Assembly: GCF_000011465.1 (NCBI RefSeq)
Contig: NC_005072.1
Span: 600,001 to 632,000, forward strand
Source: Prochlorococcus marinus subsp. pastoris str. CCMP1986
GTDB lineage: Bacteria; Cyanobacteriota; Cyanobacteriia; PCC-6307; Cyanobiaceae
DNA length: 32,000 nt
Direction of reading: 5' to 3'
Shown piece by piece: positions 1 to 8,595 of the stretch. The translations under genes and the position numbers were made by a program. The number at the start of each line of letters is the position of its first letter. Position 1 is the first letter of the stretch. The notes beneath the pieces were generated by a model, which saw only the letters and a list, made by a program, of their open reading frames with translations, was not told the origin of the DNA and searched no databases.

Positions 1-181
1 CATTATTTTTTTTTAATAAAATTGGAACAGTTTTTGTCCTTGATTTATTCATGAATTCGATGGGCTTATTTTTTAAATCAACTTCTCTTATTTCTACTTT
101 GATTTCGCAAATTAATAATGCCCATCTAACTCGAATTGCATATGGACATCTACGAAATGAATATAAAATATCTGTTGTCAT
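1..181 (-). CDS. Thioredoxin-fold GST-N/glutaredoxin-2-like protein, first 60 codons only (gene runs off the window start)
   Basis: Hand translation of the minus strand from ATG at 181..179 gives MTTDILYSFRRCPYAIRVRWALLICEIKVEIREVDLKNKPIEFMNKSRTKTVPILLKKNN... The YSFRRCPY...VDL.NKP...TVP pattern is typical of GST N-terminal/Grx2-type domains. It is absent from the ORF track because the window edge truncates it. Confidence 0.5.
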   Translation of the reverse strand, partial: MTTDILYSFRRCPYAIRVRWALLICEIKVEIREVDLKNKPIEFMNKSRTKTVPILLKKNN

Positions 182-255
182 TTTGTAAAAAAATAAAAAT
201 TTTTTGATTCTTTTAGTATTATCTACATAGGAATAATCTTAACTTTACATCGAAA

Positions 256-798
256 ATGGCGGGATATGTTTACCTCATAAGAGTTGGAGATCTTTATCGT
301 ATTGGTAAGGCAGATAATCTTGATAAGAAAATTAGAAAACTCAAGCCAGATGAATTACTTACTTCCATCATGACTAAAGAACCTGAAACACTTGAAGCAA
401 GGTTATTGAGAAAATATAAATCCCAAAGAATTCCTGAAACGGGATATTTGAAGCTCACTAAAAGACAAATATCTGAATGTAAAAAACAATTTGACTTAAA
501 AGGAAATTTACCGCATACACTTGATGCTGAGGTCTCCATAACTTTATTTGCATCTTTTTTATTATTTGGAACAAATTTTTTAATTCTTAATTACTTTAAT
601 GTTGGATTTTTAAGAAATATTTCCTATTCATTCGGTTTTGCCTCGATACCTATGATAATTTTGTTTCTAACAGGTAGTTTTGGAGGATATTTCTCTGATG
701 ATTTATCTCTATTTTCGTTATTAACAAATCGAATAAAAGGTTTATTTATAGCTATTGCGATGATAACAATGGCTTTTTTAATGTTCAGACTAAATTAA
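256..798 (+). CDS. T5orf172/MUG113 (GIY-YIG-like) domain protein fused to a C-terminal multi-pass membrane region
   Basis: The N-terminus GYVYLIRVGDLYRIGKADNLDKKIRKL...EARLLRKYKSQRIPETGYLKL matches the T5orf172 pattern (G.vYli....yKIG.t.n...R...l....E..lh..f...r....E.f.l). Residues ~95-180 form 3-4 hydrophobic helices. Confidence 0.6.
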   Translation: MAGYVYLIRVGDLYRIGKADNLDKKIRKLKPDELLTSIMTKEPETLEARLLRKYKSQRIPETGYLKLTKRQISECKKQFDLKGNLPHTLDAEVSITLFASFLLFGTNFLILNYFNVGFLRNISYSFGFASIPMIILFLTGSFGGYFSDDLSLFSLLTNRIKGLFIAIAMITMAFLMFRLN

Positions 799-1502
799 AT
801 TTCATAATTACAATTTAATGCTATTTCAAATGGAACTGACTGCATTGGTAATTTTAGTATTGTAGAACATATTTCAGCTATATCCCCTGGTTGAGTCATT
901 TTTGACTTTTCTATGGATGATATTTTCTCAGCCATTTTTGTATTAACCCAACTAGGACAAATAGCAGTAACTCTAATATTTTCTTCCCAACCTTTGTTCT
1001 TCATCGTTTGACAAAGGCTCATTAAAGCAAATTTTGATGAGGAATATGCTGCTAAATCTCCCTTGGACCTTTTGCCGCTCATTGAAACTAAAACGATAAT
1101 TCTTCCATTATTTGATTGACTTAAGTGCTTCCAGGAAATTCTGCATAAATGCCATATGGCTAAAAAATTTATATTAAAAGTATTTAAAATCTCTTCTTCA
1201 TCCCCATCTTTATATAAAAAAGGAACTTTTGAAAGGACTCCAGAACAGTTTATTAAAGTATCAAAACCTCCAAATTTACTAACTGTATTTTCTACCCACT
1301 TTTTGGCGGAAAATTTATCTAATGCATCATATTTATTTAGGAGTATTTTTTCATTAGTCCAATTATTAGGATCAATAACGCTTCCTTTAACAGACTCTAA
1401 ATCTCTTAGCCCAATACTAATTCTATTTCCTGCTTTTAGTTCTTTATGTGCAATATTTAGTCCAATTCCGCTATTGGCACCACTTATCAAAATAGTTCTC
1501 AT
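795..1502 (-). CDS. Short-chain dehydrogenase/reductase (classical SDR)
   Basis: Has the N-terminal ILISGANSGIGLNIA (TGxxxGxG) dinucleotide motif and the catalytic YSSSKFAL (YxxxK) motif. At 235 aa the size is typical. Confidence 0.8.
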   Translation of the reverse strand: MRTILISGANSGIGLNIAHKELKAGNRISIGLRDLESVKGSVIDPNNWTNEKILLNKYDALDKFSAKKWVENTVSKFGGFDTLINCSGVLSKVPFLYKDGDEEEILNTFNINFLAIWHLCRISWKHLSQSNNGRIIVLVSMSGKRSKGDLAAYSSSKFALMSLCQTMKNKGWEENIRVTAICPSWVNTKMAEKISSIEKSKMTQPGDIAEICSTILKLPMQSVPFEIALNCNYEI

Positions 1503-1514
1503 TTTAAATTTTAA

Positions 1515-2798
1515 TTATATATTTGGTAAAACTATCCTCAATAACATTCTTAGTTCTTTACCATGCATAATCATTAACCCTTTTTTTACACTCCAAGGGG
1601 CCCTTATAAACATTATGCACATTGCATACACGATTTCCCTTAAGGATAATGTATCAGTTAGAAATCCATACCATTGAGTTTTAGGTAATTTAAAGAAACT
1701 ACCAAAAAATTCTCTTAATAGTTTTTCATCGAATCTCATAAGTTTTTCCAAACCAAATTGGTAGATTGATTTCTTTCTTATTAATTCTTTAGGCCATAAA
1801 CTCTCCCAGCCTTTTCTGGCAATATGATAAGTACTTAATTTCTTATCATTCATTGCAGTTGATATAGCTTTTGCCACTAGTGGAGCTCTCCTTAAAACAT
1901 TACCAATTAGATATCCTGATGCTGGGTGAACCATTGAAGCTGCTCCACCGTACCCCAATACTTGTTGTTTAAAATCTGGGATAGGCATATTCATGGGTAA
2001 AAATAAACCAAGTTCTTCATGTTGCATGCTAGTAATTGAGATGTTTCTGTAAGAAAGTCTTTTTTCTAACCTTTCTTTTAAATCCTCCATCGTTAAAGGA
2101 TTTACTAATCCAAGCGAAGTCTCTTCAAGAAAATACTTTCCATTCCCCATATCCATTGCATAAAGAAAAGTAGGTGGTTCTTTTTTTTGTTCCTCATTTA
2201 AATGATCATTACGATAATCCATTAAGACAAATTGCCCTTTTTTAAGTGGAGGCTTACTAAAACTTCCTACTATCCCGTAACAAGTCTGGACTGCTAATGG
2301 TCCACATGATTTTAATTTAAGAAATACAGGATCATAACCTGTTGCATCTACAACTAATCTTGCTGAGTAGGTTTTGCCATTACTTGTTATAACAGTACTT
2401 TTATGTTTCTGAAAGGTTATCTTCTCTGCAAAACCCTCATGCCATTTAATTAGAGACTTATTACATTCATTTAACCAGTAACGATGTAATTTCTTCTTGT
2501 CAAATAATCCATAATCTAAAGAATGCTCAGTTGCTTTATTCTCATAGTGATGTTCTTCAAGAGAACCATGCCCAAAAAAACTAACAGTATTTTTCCACCT
2601 ATATTCAAGTAAATCCTGAAGACCAAGTTGATCTACTTCCTTTCCCCAAATCCCATAGGTATTTGGCCAAGGCTCGTCAGGACCATTAGGGGAAAGAACC
2701 TCTACCTCTAATTTTTCTTTCCCTAAAGCTGAGGCAATCGCCATCCCCGCAGGTCCTGCTCCTAAAACTAATACATCGGGCAATCTTTTAGAAGGCAT
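1515..2798 (-). CDS. crtL: CrtL-family lycopene cyclase (beta or epsilon; cannot be resolved by eye)
   Basis: Has the N-terminal FAD/NAD fold DVLVLGAGPAGMAIA. The length (427 aa) and overall pattern (WPNTYGIW, FLYAMD, GGAASMVHPASGY) are characteristic of plant/cyanobacterial CrtL cyclases. Confidence 0.85.
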   Translation of the reverse strand: MPSKRLPDVLVLGAGPAGMAIASALGKEKLEVEVLSPNGPDEPWPNTYGIWGKEVDQLGLQDLLEYRWKNTVSFFGHGSLEEHHYENKATEHSLDYGLFDKKKLHRYWLNECNKSLIKWHEGFAEKITFQKHKSTVITSNGKTYSARLVVDATGYDPVFLKLKSCGPLAVQTCYGIVGSFSKPPLKKGQFVLMDYRNDHLNEEQKKEPPTFLYAMDMGNGKYFLEETSLGLVNPLTMEDLKERLEKRLSYRNISITSMQHEELGLFLPMNMPIPDFKQQVLGYGGAASMVHPASGYLIGNVLRRAPLVAKAISTAMNDKKLSTYHIARKGWESLWPKELIRKKSIYQFGLEKLMRFDEKLLREFFGSFFKLPKTQWYGFLTDTLSLREIVYAMCIMFIRAPWSVKKGLMIMHGKELRMLLRIVLPNI

Positions 2799-3026
2799 TA
2801 ATTATAAATTCTGAAGTTAAAAAAGTTTTTGAAAAAATAAAAAATATCTAAAACTTCATTTTTATAATTCATTCAAAAATTTTACAAAGAGAATAAATTT
2901 AATAATAAGCAAGAGACTCTATAACTAGTCCTTTTGTTTTGAGTGTTTTAACAATAATTTATAAGAAATTAAAAGAAAAAATAATATATAATTTTCTTAC
3001 TATAAATAATTGATTGTTTAATAGAT

Positions 3027-4028
3027 ATGATAAAAGATAAAAATATCTTAATAACAGGAGGTAACTCCGGGATTGGTTTTTTTACAACAATTAATTTGTT
3101 GAAAACTCAAAATAATCTATATATTCCAATTAGATCAATATCAAGAAAAGAAGAATTTTTATTAAAACTAATAAAGTATTTTGATAAAAAATATATAGAA
3201 AAACATTTAAATCTAATTGATAATATTGATTTATCTGATTTGGAAAATATTTATAAAGTAAGAGATTTTTTAATCAGAAAAAATGTTTCTTTAGATGTAG
3301 TTATTTTAAATGCAGGCTTACAATATACTGGATCTTTTTATCCTAAAGTCTCAAAACAGGGAATTGAATTAACTTTCGCTGTTAATCATCTCGCACATTT
3401 CTATTTGGTTAATATTCTTATAGAATTAATAAATAGTAAAAAAGAATCTAGGATAATTATTACATCATCAGATGTTCATGATCCAAAGAGTTCAGGAGGA
3501 AATGTTGGAGAGAAAGCAGGTTTAAATAATTTAATAAACTTTAAAGAGGAAATTTCAGGAAAATATACAAATTTTAATTCTGATAAGGCTTATAAAAATA
3601 GTAAATTATGTAATGTTTTATTTGCTAAGGAACTTTCAAAAAGATTACAAATTAAATCTAGTAAAATAACTGTTATTTCTTGGGCTCCTGGTCTTGTAAT
3701 TCCTAATGAAGATTTGGGTTTTTTCAGATATAGTACCAAATTTAATTTCTTTGGATATATTGTTTTTTCAATTATTGCAAAAAATATTTTAGGTATTTCT
3801 GAAAATGTAGAAAATGCAGGGAAGTTGCTTTCTGATATCGTTTTTGATAATGATTTCAATAATATTAAGTACTTACATTTAAGCAATAAGCTTGTCTTTT
3901 ATAAAAAACATAAATTACTTAAAAGTGAAGTAAGTGAGGAAGCTAGTAAAAAAGAACTTGCTTCAAGACTTTGGAGTTTTAGTGAGGAATTATGCCGATC
4001 ATTTGGATTCGTTTCTTTCAATATTTAA
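3027..4028 (+). CDS. Extended SDR resembling light-dependent protochlorophyllide reductase (POR-like, function unknown)
   Basis: Has the ILITGGNSGIGFFT glycine motif, NAG, and YKNSKLCNVLFAKEL (the YxxxK with the KLCN context seen in POR/retinol dehydrogenase-like SDRs). Confidence 0.7.
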   Translation: MIKDKNILITGGNSGIGFFTTINLLKTQNNLYIPIRSISRKEEFLLKLIKYFDKKYIEKHLNLIDNIDLSDLENIYKVRDFLIRKNVSLDVVILNAGLQYTGSFYPKVSKQGIELTFAVNHLAHFYLVNILIELINSKKESRIIITSSDVHDPKSSGGNVGEKAGLNNLINFKEEISGKYTNFNSDKAYKNSKLCNVLFAKELSKRLQIKSSKITVISWAPGLVIPNEDLGFFRYSTKFNFFGYIVFSIIAKNILGISENVENAGKLLSDIVFDNDFNNIKYLHLSNKLVFYKKHKLLKSEVSEEASKKELASRLWSFSEELCRSFGFVSFNI

Positions 4029-5030
4029 TGTTTGAGTTGGGAATGCAAATTCTATTTTATTTAAAGAAAATTCTTCAATAATTCTTAAGTTGATACTTTG
4101 TTGTGCTTCCATAGCAGCTAAATAATTATTGGTTGGGATGTAATAAACTAGTTCAAAATTAAGACTGAAGTCTCCAAAATCTGTAAAGTGACATCTATCA
4201 AAAGAAGCATCTTTAGTTTCTTCAATGATTTTTTTTATTATTTTTGGAATCATTTTCATCAGGGATGGAGAAGTTTCATAAACAACTCCTAATTTATGGA
4301 CTAGTCTCCTTTTCTTCATCTGAGCATAATTTGAAATGATCCCATTAGTTAATGCACTATTACTCATAACTATTACTTCTCCGTTAATACTTCTTATTCT
4401 TGAAGATCTTACCCCTACTCTTTCTACCATTCCTAATACGCTATCTGACTTTATAAATTCGCCTTTTTGAAAAGGTTTATCAAGTAAAATTGTAATGTAT
4501 TCAAAAAATTCTTGCACTGGATCTTTTAATGCTAAACCTGCCCCGATTCCACCTGCGCTAAGCAAAGCCCAAATTGCGGTCATTTGTACTCCTATATTTT
4601 GTAAGAAAAATATTGAACCTATGGTCCAAGTAAAAGCCTTAATTAAAGGTGTTAATGATGAGATCATTGAACTAATCGAAGAGTCATCAATTTTTGCTGT
4701 AGATTCTGTTAGCGATCTTATTAATACTTTATTTAAAGCTTTAATGATAATTATTAATATAAATAATTTTTGAATATTTAATAGTACAGATATAAAAGTT
4801 ATTTCATCAATGAAAAAATAATCAATTGCGAAATAGGCTGAGAGAAGAAAACCTATTGGTTTTATAATTCCAGTAAGTGTTTCAAAAATAAAATCATCAA
4901 AATTTGTTTTTGTTCTTTTAGAAATCCTTTTAAAAATAATCTTTGAAATTTTAGATATTATTATTGATAATATTATTCCAATAAAAAATATAGAAATTGC
5001 AAAAAACAAGTTTTCCGTAAATAATTTCAT
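3999..5030 (-). CDS. MscS-family small-conductance mechanosensitive channel
   Basis: N-terminal TM helices are followed by the MscS pore/beta-domain pattern (ALLSAGGIGAGLALKDPVQEFF..., PFQKGEFIK..., GMVERVGVRSSRIRSINGEVIVMSNS). Its 3' end overlaps the convergent 3027..4028 gene by 30 nt. Confidence 0.8.
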   Translation of the reverse strand: MKLFTENLFFAISIFFIGIILSIIISKISKIIFKRISKRTKTNFDDFIFETLTGIIKPIGFLLSAYFAIDYFFIDEITFISVLLNIQKLFILIIIIKALNKVLIRSLTESTAKIDDSSISSMISSLTPLIKAFTWTIGSIFFLQNIGVQMTAIWALLSAGGIGAGLALKDPVQEFFEYITILLDKPFQKGEFIKSDSVLGMVERVGVRSSRIRSINGEVIVMSNSALTNGIISNYAQMKKRRLVHKLGVVYETSPSLMKMIPKIIKKIIEETKDASFDRCHFTDFGDFSLNFELVYYIPTNNYLAAMEAQQSINLRIIEEFSLNKIEFAFPTQTLNIERNESK

Positions 5031-5103
5031 ATCTAATAAATCCTTAAATAACTAATATTTAAAGTTTAAATTATCTCTAAAAATAAACCAGTCTTAATTA
5101 CCT

Positions 5104-5661
5104 TTAACTTTTGATGATATTACTAATTTCTTTGAATTCTTTTCTATCTGAGGTTTTACAAATTTCGAAAATTATTGATTCGGTTGTAGTAATAATTGCT
5201 CCTTTATGAAGCATTCTTTGTAGTGCTATTTCGTGATCTGAATTATTTCTGCTTCCCATTGCGTCAGATATGATTAGTACTTCATATCCCTTTTTTAAAA
5301 ATTCTAGGACACTTTGTTGAATACAAATGTGTGTTTCAAATCCGCAAATTATCAAATTACTAATCTTTTTATCATGAAGTTCCTCAAAAAGAACTTTACT
5401 AGTAGCTAAGCTAAAATCCATTTTTTGAATATTAGTAAAACCTACTTTGGGTAATAACTTTGGGATTGTTTTGCCCAGTTTTAGAGGGTTTTGTTCTGAG
5501 ACAAATATGTTCTCATCCAGGATTTGGTAAGCGCTTAATAGCTTTTGAATATTTTTGATTATTGAATCTTTGTTAGTAATTCGGGATATAATCTTTTCCT
5601 GAACATCTACTAATAGTAAAGCGTTTTTGATTGGTAATTCGCTTTTAGAAGAATGAGTCAT
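5104..5661 (-). CDS. Isochorismatase-family cysteine hydrolase
   Basis: Has NALLLVDVQEK (the D of the catalytic triad), ICGFETHICIQQS (the nucleophile Cys context CG.et..CV) and IISDAMGS. At 185 aa the size is typical. Confidence 0.75.
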   Translation of the reverse strand: MTHSSKSELPIKNALLLVDVQEKIISRITNKDSIIKNIQKLLSAYQILDENIFVSEQNPLKLGKTIPKLLPKVGFTNIQKMDFSLATSKVLFEELHDKKISNLIICGFETHICIQQSVLEFLKKGYEVLIISDAMGSRNNSDHEIALQRMLHKGAIITTTESIIFEICKTSDRKEFKEISNIIKS

Positions 5662-5812
5662 TAATTTCTTTTCTACAATATTTAAAGATATACCTTAAAT
5701 ACAGATATGTTTTTAATTTAATCTTTTTGAGGAACTTTAGTAAATATTTATTAGTTAAAAGTTGATTTACTCTCATCAAGAGTTATTATTGAGAATAAAT
5801 ATTGCTTTTTAA

Positions 5813-6265
5813 TTGTCCTTTTCTTCTCAATATCAAGTTATTACATCTCCTTTAGGAGATGGCTTGCATAAAGATGGTAAGAGATTAACTCCCCAAAGAC
5901 TTAAAGTTTTAAATTTATTTGAGAATATTGGAGCAGGTAATCATTTAAGTGCGGAAGAAGTTCATGCAAAATTAATTAAATCTAGTTCCAAAGTTTCCCT
6001 CGCAACAATATATAGAACTTTGAGACTTCTCGTTCAGATGGGGTTGTTACATGAATTGGAGATTAGTGAAGGCGGTCATCGATATGAATTATTAAGTAAT
6101 GAAACAGCAGATCATCATCACTTGATTTGTATTAGATGTGGAAGAACTGAAGAATTTGAAAGTGATGAAGTATTGAAGGCCGGAAAAGTCGCCGCTAAAG
6201 TTAATGGTTTTACACTTATTGAATCTTCTTTAAATGTTAGAGCTATATGTCCTAATTGTATTTAG
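5813..6265 (+). CDS. Fur-family metalloregulator (Fur/Zur/PerR paralogue not resolved)
   Basis: Has a winged-helix region LTPQRLKVLNLF...LSAEEVHAKL...VSLATIYRTLRLLVQMGLLHEL, then HHHLICIRCGRTEEF and CPNC metal sites. The only in-frame start after the upstream stop is TTG at 5813. Confidence 0.85.
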   Translation: MSFSSQYQVITSPLGDGLHKDGKRLTPQRLKVLNLFENIGAGNHLSAEEVHAKLIKSSSKVSLATIYRTLRLLVQMGLLHELEISEGGHRYELLSNETADHHHLICIRCGRTEEFESDEVLKAGKVAAKVNGFTLIESSLNVRAICPNCI

Positions 6266-6271
6266 CAGAAA

Positions 6272-7204
6272 CTAAGTTAAAGTTCCTCCACAGCTTGATC
6301 CAGCCCCTGCTGTGCAAGCAAAGCAATGTTCCTTAACAGCTACTCCATAATCAAATTTAAATGATTTGCTCATTAAATCAGAAAGTGTCTTTGGTCCTTT
6401 ATTTCCTTTTAAATTTATTTGCTGATTAAAGTCACAATCATAGATTTGCCCTTGCCAATTAACACTTATCGTTTTTTTACACATAAGTTTTTCTAAATTA
6501 TTTTTATTAAAATTTTCTTTAAGTAATTTGTAATATGAATCAAGTTTGTTTTCGCTATTAAGAGAGTCTGCGTATCTATTAATTGGCATATTGGTTATTG
6601 TATAAAGATTATTAAATGAAATATTGTACTTTTCAAAAAGTATTCTTTTATAGTCTTCTTTTAGGATTACTTGTGATGGAGGAAGGATAGGATTTACGGG
6701 ATTATAAACTAGATTTAATTGAAGTCCATCTTTTTGTTTCCCATATCCTAAGTCATTAAGTATTTTTAAAGCATTAATACTTTTATCAAAGACTCCATAA
6801 CCCCTTTGTAATTCTACATTATCCTTTTCATAGCACGGGAGTGATGCTGTTACTATTACGTTATTCTTAGCAAGAAACTGGGGTAAGTCTTCGAATCCAT
6901 CTTCAAAGAAAATTGTTAAATTACATCTATCAATAATATCAATATTTTTATCACTTAAAGTAGTAATTAAATTTCTAAATTCAGGATGCATTTCCGGAGC
7001 CCCCCCGGTAATATCTAAAGTTTTAATTTTATATTTTTCTATTACTTTTGGAATGAGTGAAATTATTTCATAAGACATCTTTTCGCTACGTAATGGACTT
7101 GAATTTACATGGCAATGTTTACAAGCCTGATTACATTTAAGGCCAATATTTATCTGGAGTGTTTCAATATGTTCTTTCTTTATTAAGGGAAAACTATCTA
7201 TCAT
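6272..7204 (-). CDS. arsS: Radical SAM/Cys-rich protein of the arsenosugar-biosynthesis ArsS type
   Basis: Has LQINIGLKCNQACKHCHV (a CxxxCxxC radical SAM cluster) and the distinctive C-terminal HCFACTAGAGSSCGG motif of the radical SAM/Cys-rich (ArsS) family. It lies 28 nt downstream of, and co-directional with, 7233..8444. Confidence 0.7.
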   Translation of the reverse strand: MIDSFPLIKKEHIETLQINIGLKCNQACKHCHVNSSPLRSEKMSYEIISLIPKVIEKYKIKTLDITGGAPEMHPEFRNLITTLSDKNIDIIDRCNLTIFFEDGFEDLPQFLAKNNVIVTASLPCYEKDNVELQRGYGVFDKSINALKILNDLGYGKQKDGLQLNLVYNPVNPILPPSQVILKEDYKRILFEKYNISFNNLYTITNMPINRYADSLNSENKLDSYYKLLKENFNKNNLEKLMCKKTISVNWQGQIYDCDFNQQINLKGNKGPKTLSDLMSKSFKFDYGVAVKEHCFACTAGAGSSCGGTLT

Positions 7205-7232
7205 GATGTGGGAAGTTTTAATTACAGTATAA

Positions 7233-8444
7233 TTAAATATTAGTTTTTAATTTTGATCTATTTTTTGCAAATTTAATAAACCAATCTAAATATTCCTTAG
7301 GACCATTCTGAAAAATCATATCGAACTTTAAGTTGTCATCATCATCACTTATTCCTTTTAGACCAGATATTTTTGTAGAAGGTCTATAAACTTCTCCTGA
7401 ACTACTATCAACGAAAATTATTTTATTATTACTCTCAAACTCTTGTCCTAGTAATTGTATAAATTCTAAGAAAGATCGATCACTTCCACCTCTTGAGTAA
7501 CCATTATTTGGAATTTTTTGGGATGTAACTGTGTCACCAATCCCAATAATTGTTGGCATATCTTCGGGTTTAATATGTTTTTTGCAGAAATTCACTTTTT
7601 CTATTAACGATTTAGGAGAGTCTTTAAAATTAAAGTTTCTACCAAATGGAGCTATGCCAGTAGAATCATAAATAAATTTATTTAATAAAAAGAGAACCCC
7701 AGAGTCTTTGACTGCACCTTTAATAAGTAACTGTATGTCAGTTGATCCAATATCATTTTTACTAGAAAGTTTTATTATTTCATTTCCATTTTTGCTCCCT
7801 AGATTTGGAGATATGTGAAGAAAAAATGAGTTTTCAAGTCCTTGAGTTTTGGCTTTGTAAATAATTTCATTCATCATATCTTCAAAGCTCTTTTGAATAA
7901 TTTTTCTTTTTTCAGAATCATCTTTTACTAAATCGAAAAGGCTATTAAAGTTTATTGTTGGAGAGAACCTTGTTTTACATATTGATTTTGAAGCATGAGA
8001 ATTTATTTCTTCTTGAACGAGATTAGGAAAAATTTTCTTTACTATTTGTTCAAAGCTAGGCCTCATTAAGTCTGGAACTTTGGCTAAGAAATCGACCTCT
8101 TCTTTTGATACTCCCTCAAAACTTATATTCCCATTATTATCTTGATATTCCACCCCGCATGCAGCTAAACCTCTTAAATAAAGGCCTTTTTCTTTTGGCT
8201 GATCAATACCTATTAAGCTCCTTTCAACTATTCTGTTAACCCCTCTTGGACCTTCATGTTCTCCGCACGTTAAAACATAAAATTCTTTTTCTAAATTTTT
8301 AACGGCAAATATGAATTTCGATTCCAGTTTTCTAGTCATTGGGTCTTTTACCAATGGAATACATACTCCATCTATATCTTGAATAAATAAGATATTTTTA
8401 GAATTAATTATTATTTCTTCAAAATCTAAATTAATGTTTTCCAT
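7233..8444 (-). CDS. HAD-superfamily phosphatase resembling glucosylglycerol-3-phosphate phosphatase (StpA/GgpP-like)
   Basis: Has HAD motif I in ILFIQDIDGVCIPLV, then YVLTCGEHEGPRGVNRIVERS and GIGDTVTS. The size (~400 aa) and N-terminal pattern match my recollection of StpA. Family assignment needs a database check. Confidence 0.55.
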   Translation of the reverse strand: MENINLDFEEIIINSKNILFIQDIDGVCIPLVKDPMTRKLESKFIFAVKNLEKEFYVLTCGEHEGPRGVNRIVERSLIGIDQPKEKGLYLRGLAACGVEYQDNNGNISFEGVSKEEVDFLAKVPDLMRPSFEQIVKKIFPNLVQEEINSHASKSICKTRFSPTINFNSLFDLVKDDSEKRKIIQKSFEDMMNEIIYKAKTQGLENSFFLHISPNLGSKNGNEIIKLSSKNDIGSTDIQLLIKGAVKDSGVLFLLNKFIYDSTGIAPFGRNFNFKDSPKSLIEKVNFCKKHIKPEDMPTIIGIGDTVTSQKIPNNGYSRGGSDRSFLEFIQLLGQEFESNNKIIFVDSSSGEVYRPSTKISGLKGISDDDDNLKFDMIFQNGPKEYLDWFIKFAKNRSKLKTNI

Positions 8445-8595
8445 TTCTATTTTAAAAATTCCCTCTCTTTTGAATCCATAATAAAGCTTGAACTTGAAAA
8501 TATAAAATTCAATATTTATATTAAAACGATTTGCGATGGCAATAAATTGGTTTAATGTATAAAAATGCTATTTATAAAAAATATTAAGATGATTT

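Noticed and set aside
294-539. These track ORFs lie antisense to, or nested inside, much longer well-supported genes: 294..539, 1156..1677, 3590..3886, 4495..4773, 10540..10773, 13661..13942, 18594..18794, 18944..19126, 26141..26335, 26323..26634, 29405..29671, 30176..30415 and 30771..30959.
   Set aside because: Each is fully embedded in a gene with clear family motifs on the other strand or in another frame. Their translations are low-complexity with no motifs, which is typical of shadow ORFs in AT-rich DNA.
5783-5798. The palindrome TTATT-N6-AATAA lies 15 nt upstream of the Fur-family gene and could be an autoregulatory Fur/Zur box.
   Set aside because: It has only 5-bp arms made entirely of A/T in an AT-rich intergenic region. 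It does not match the 19-bp Fur consensus beyond base composition.
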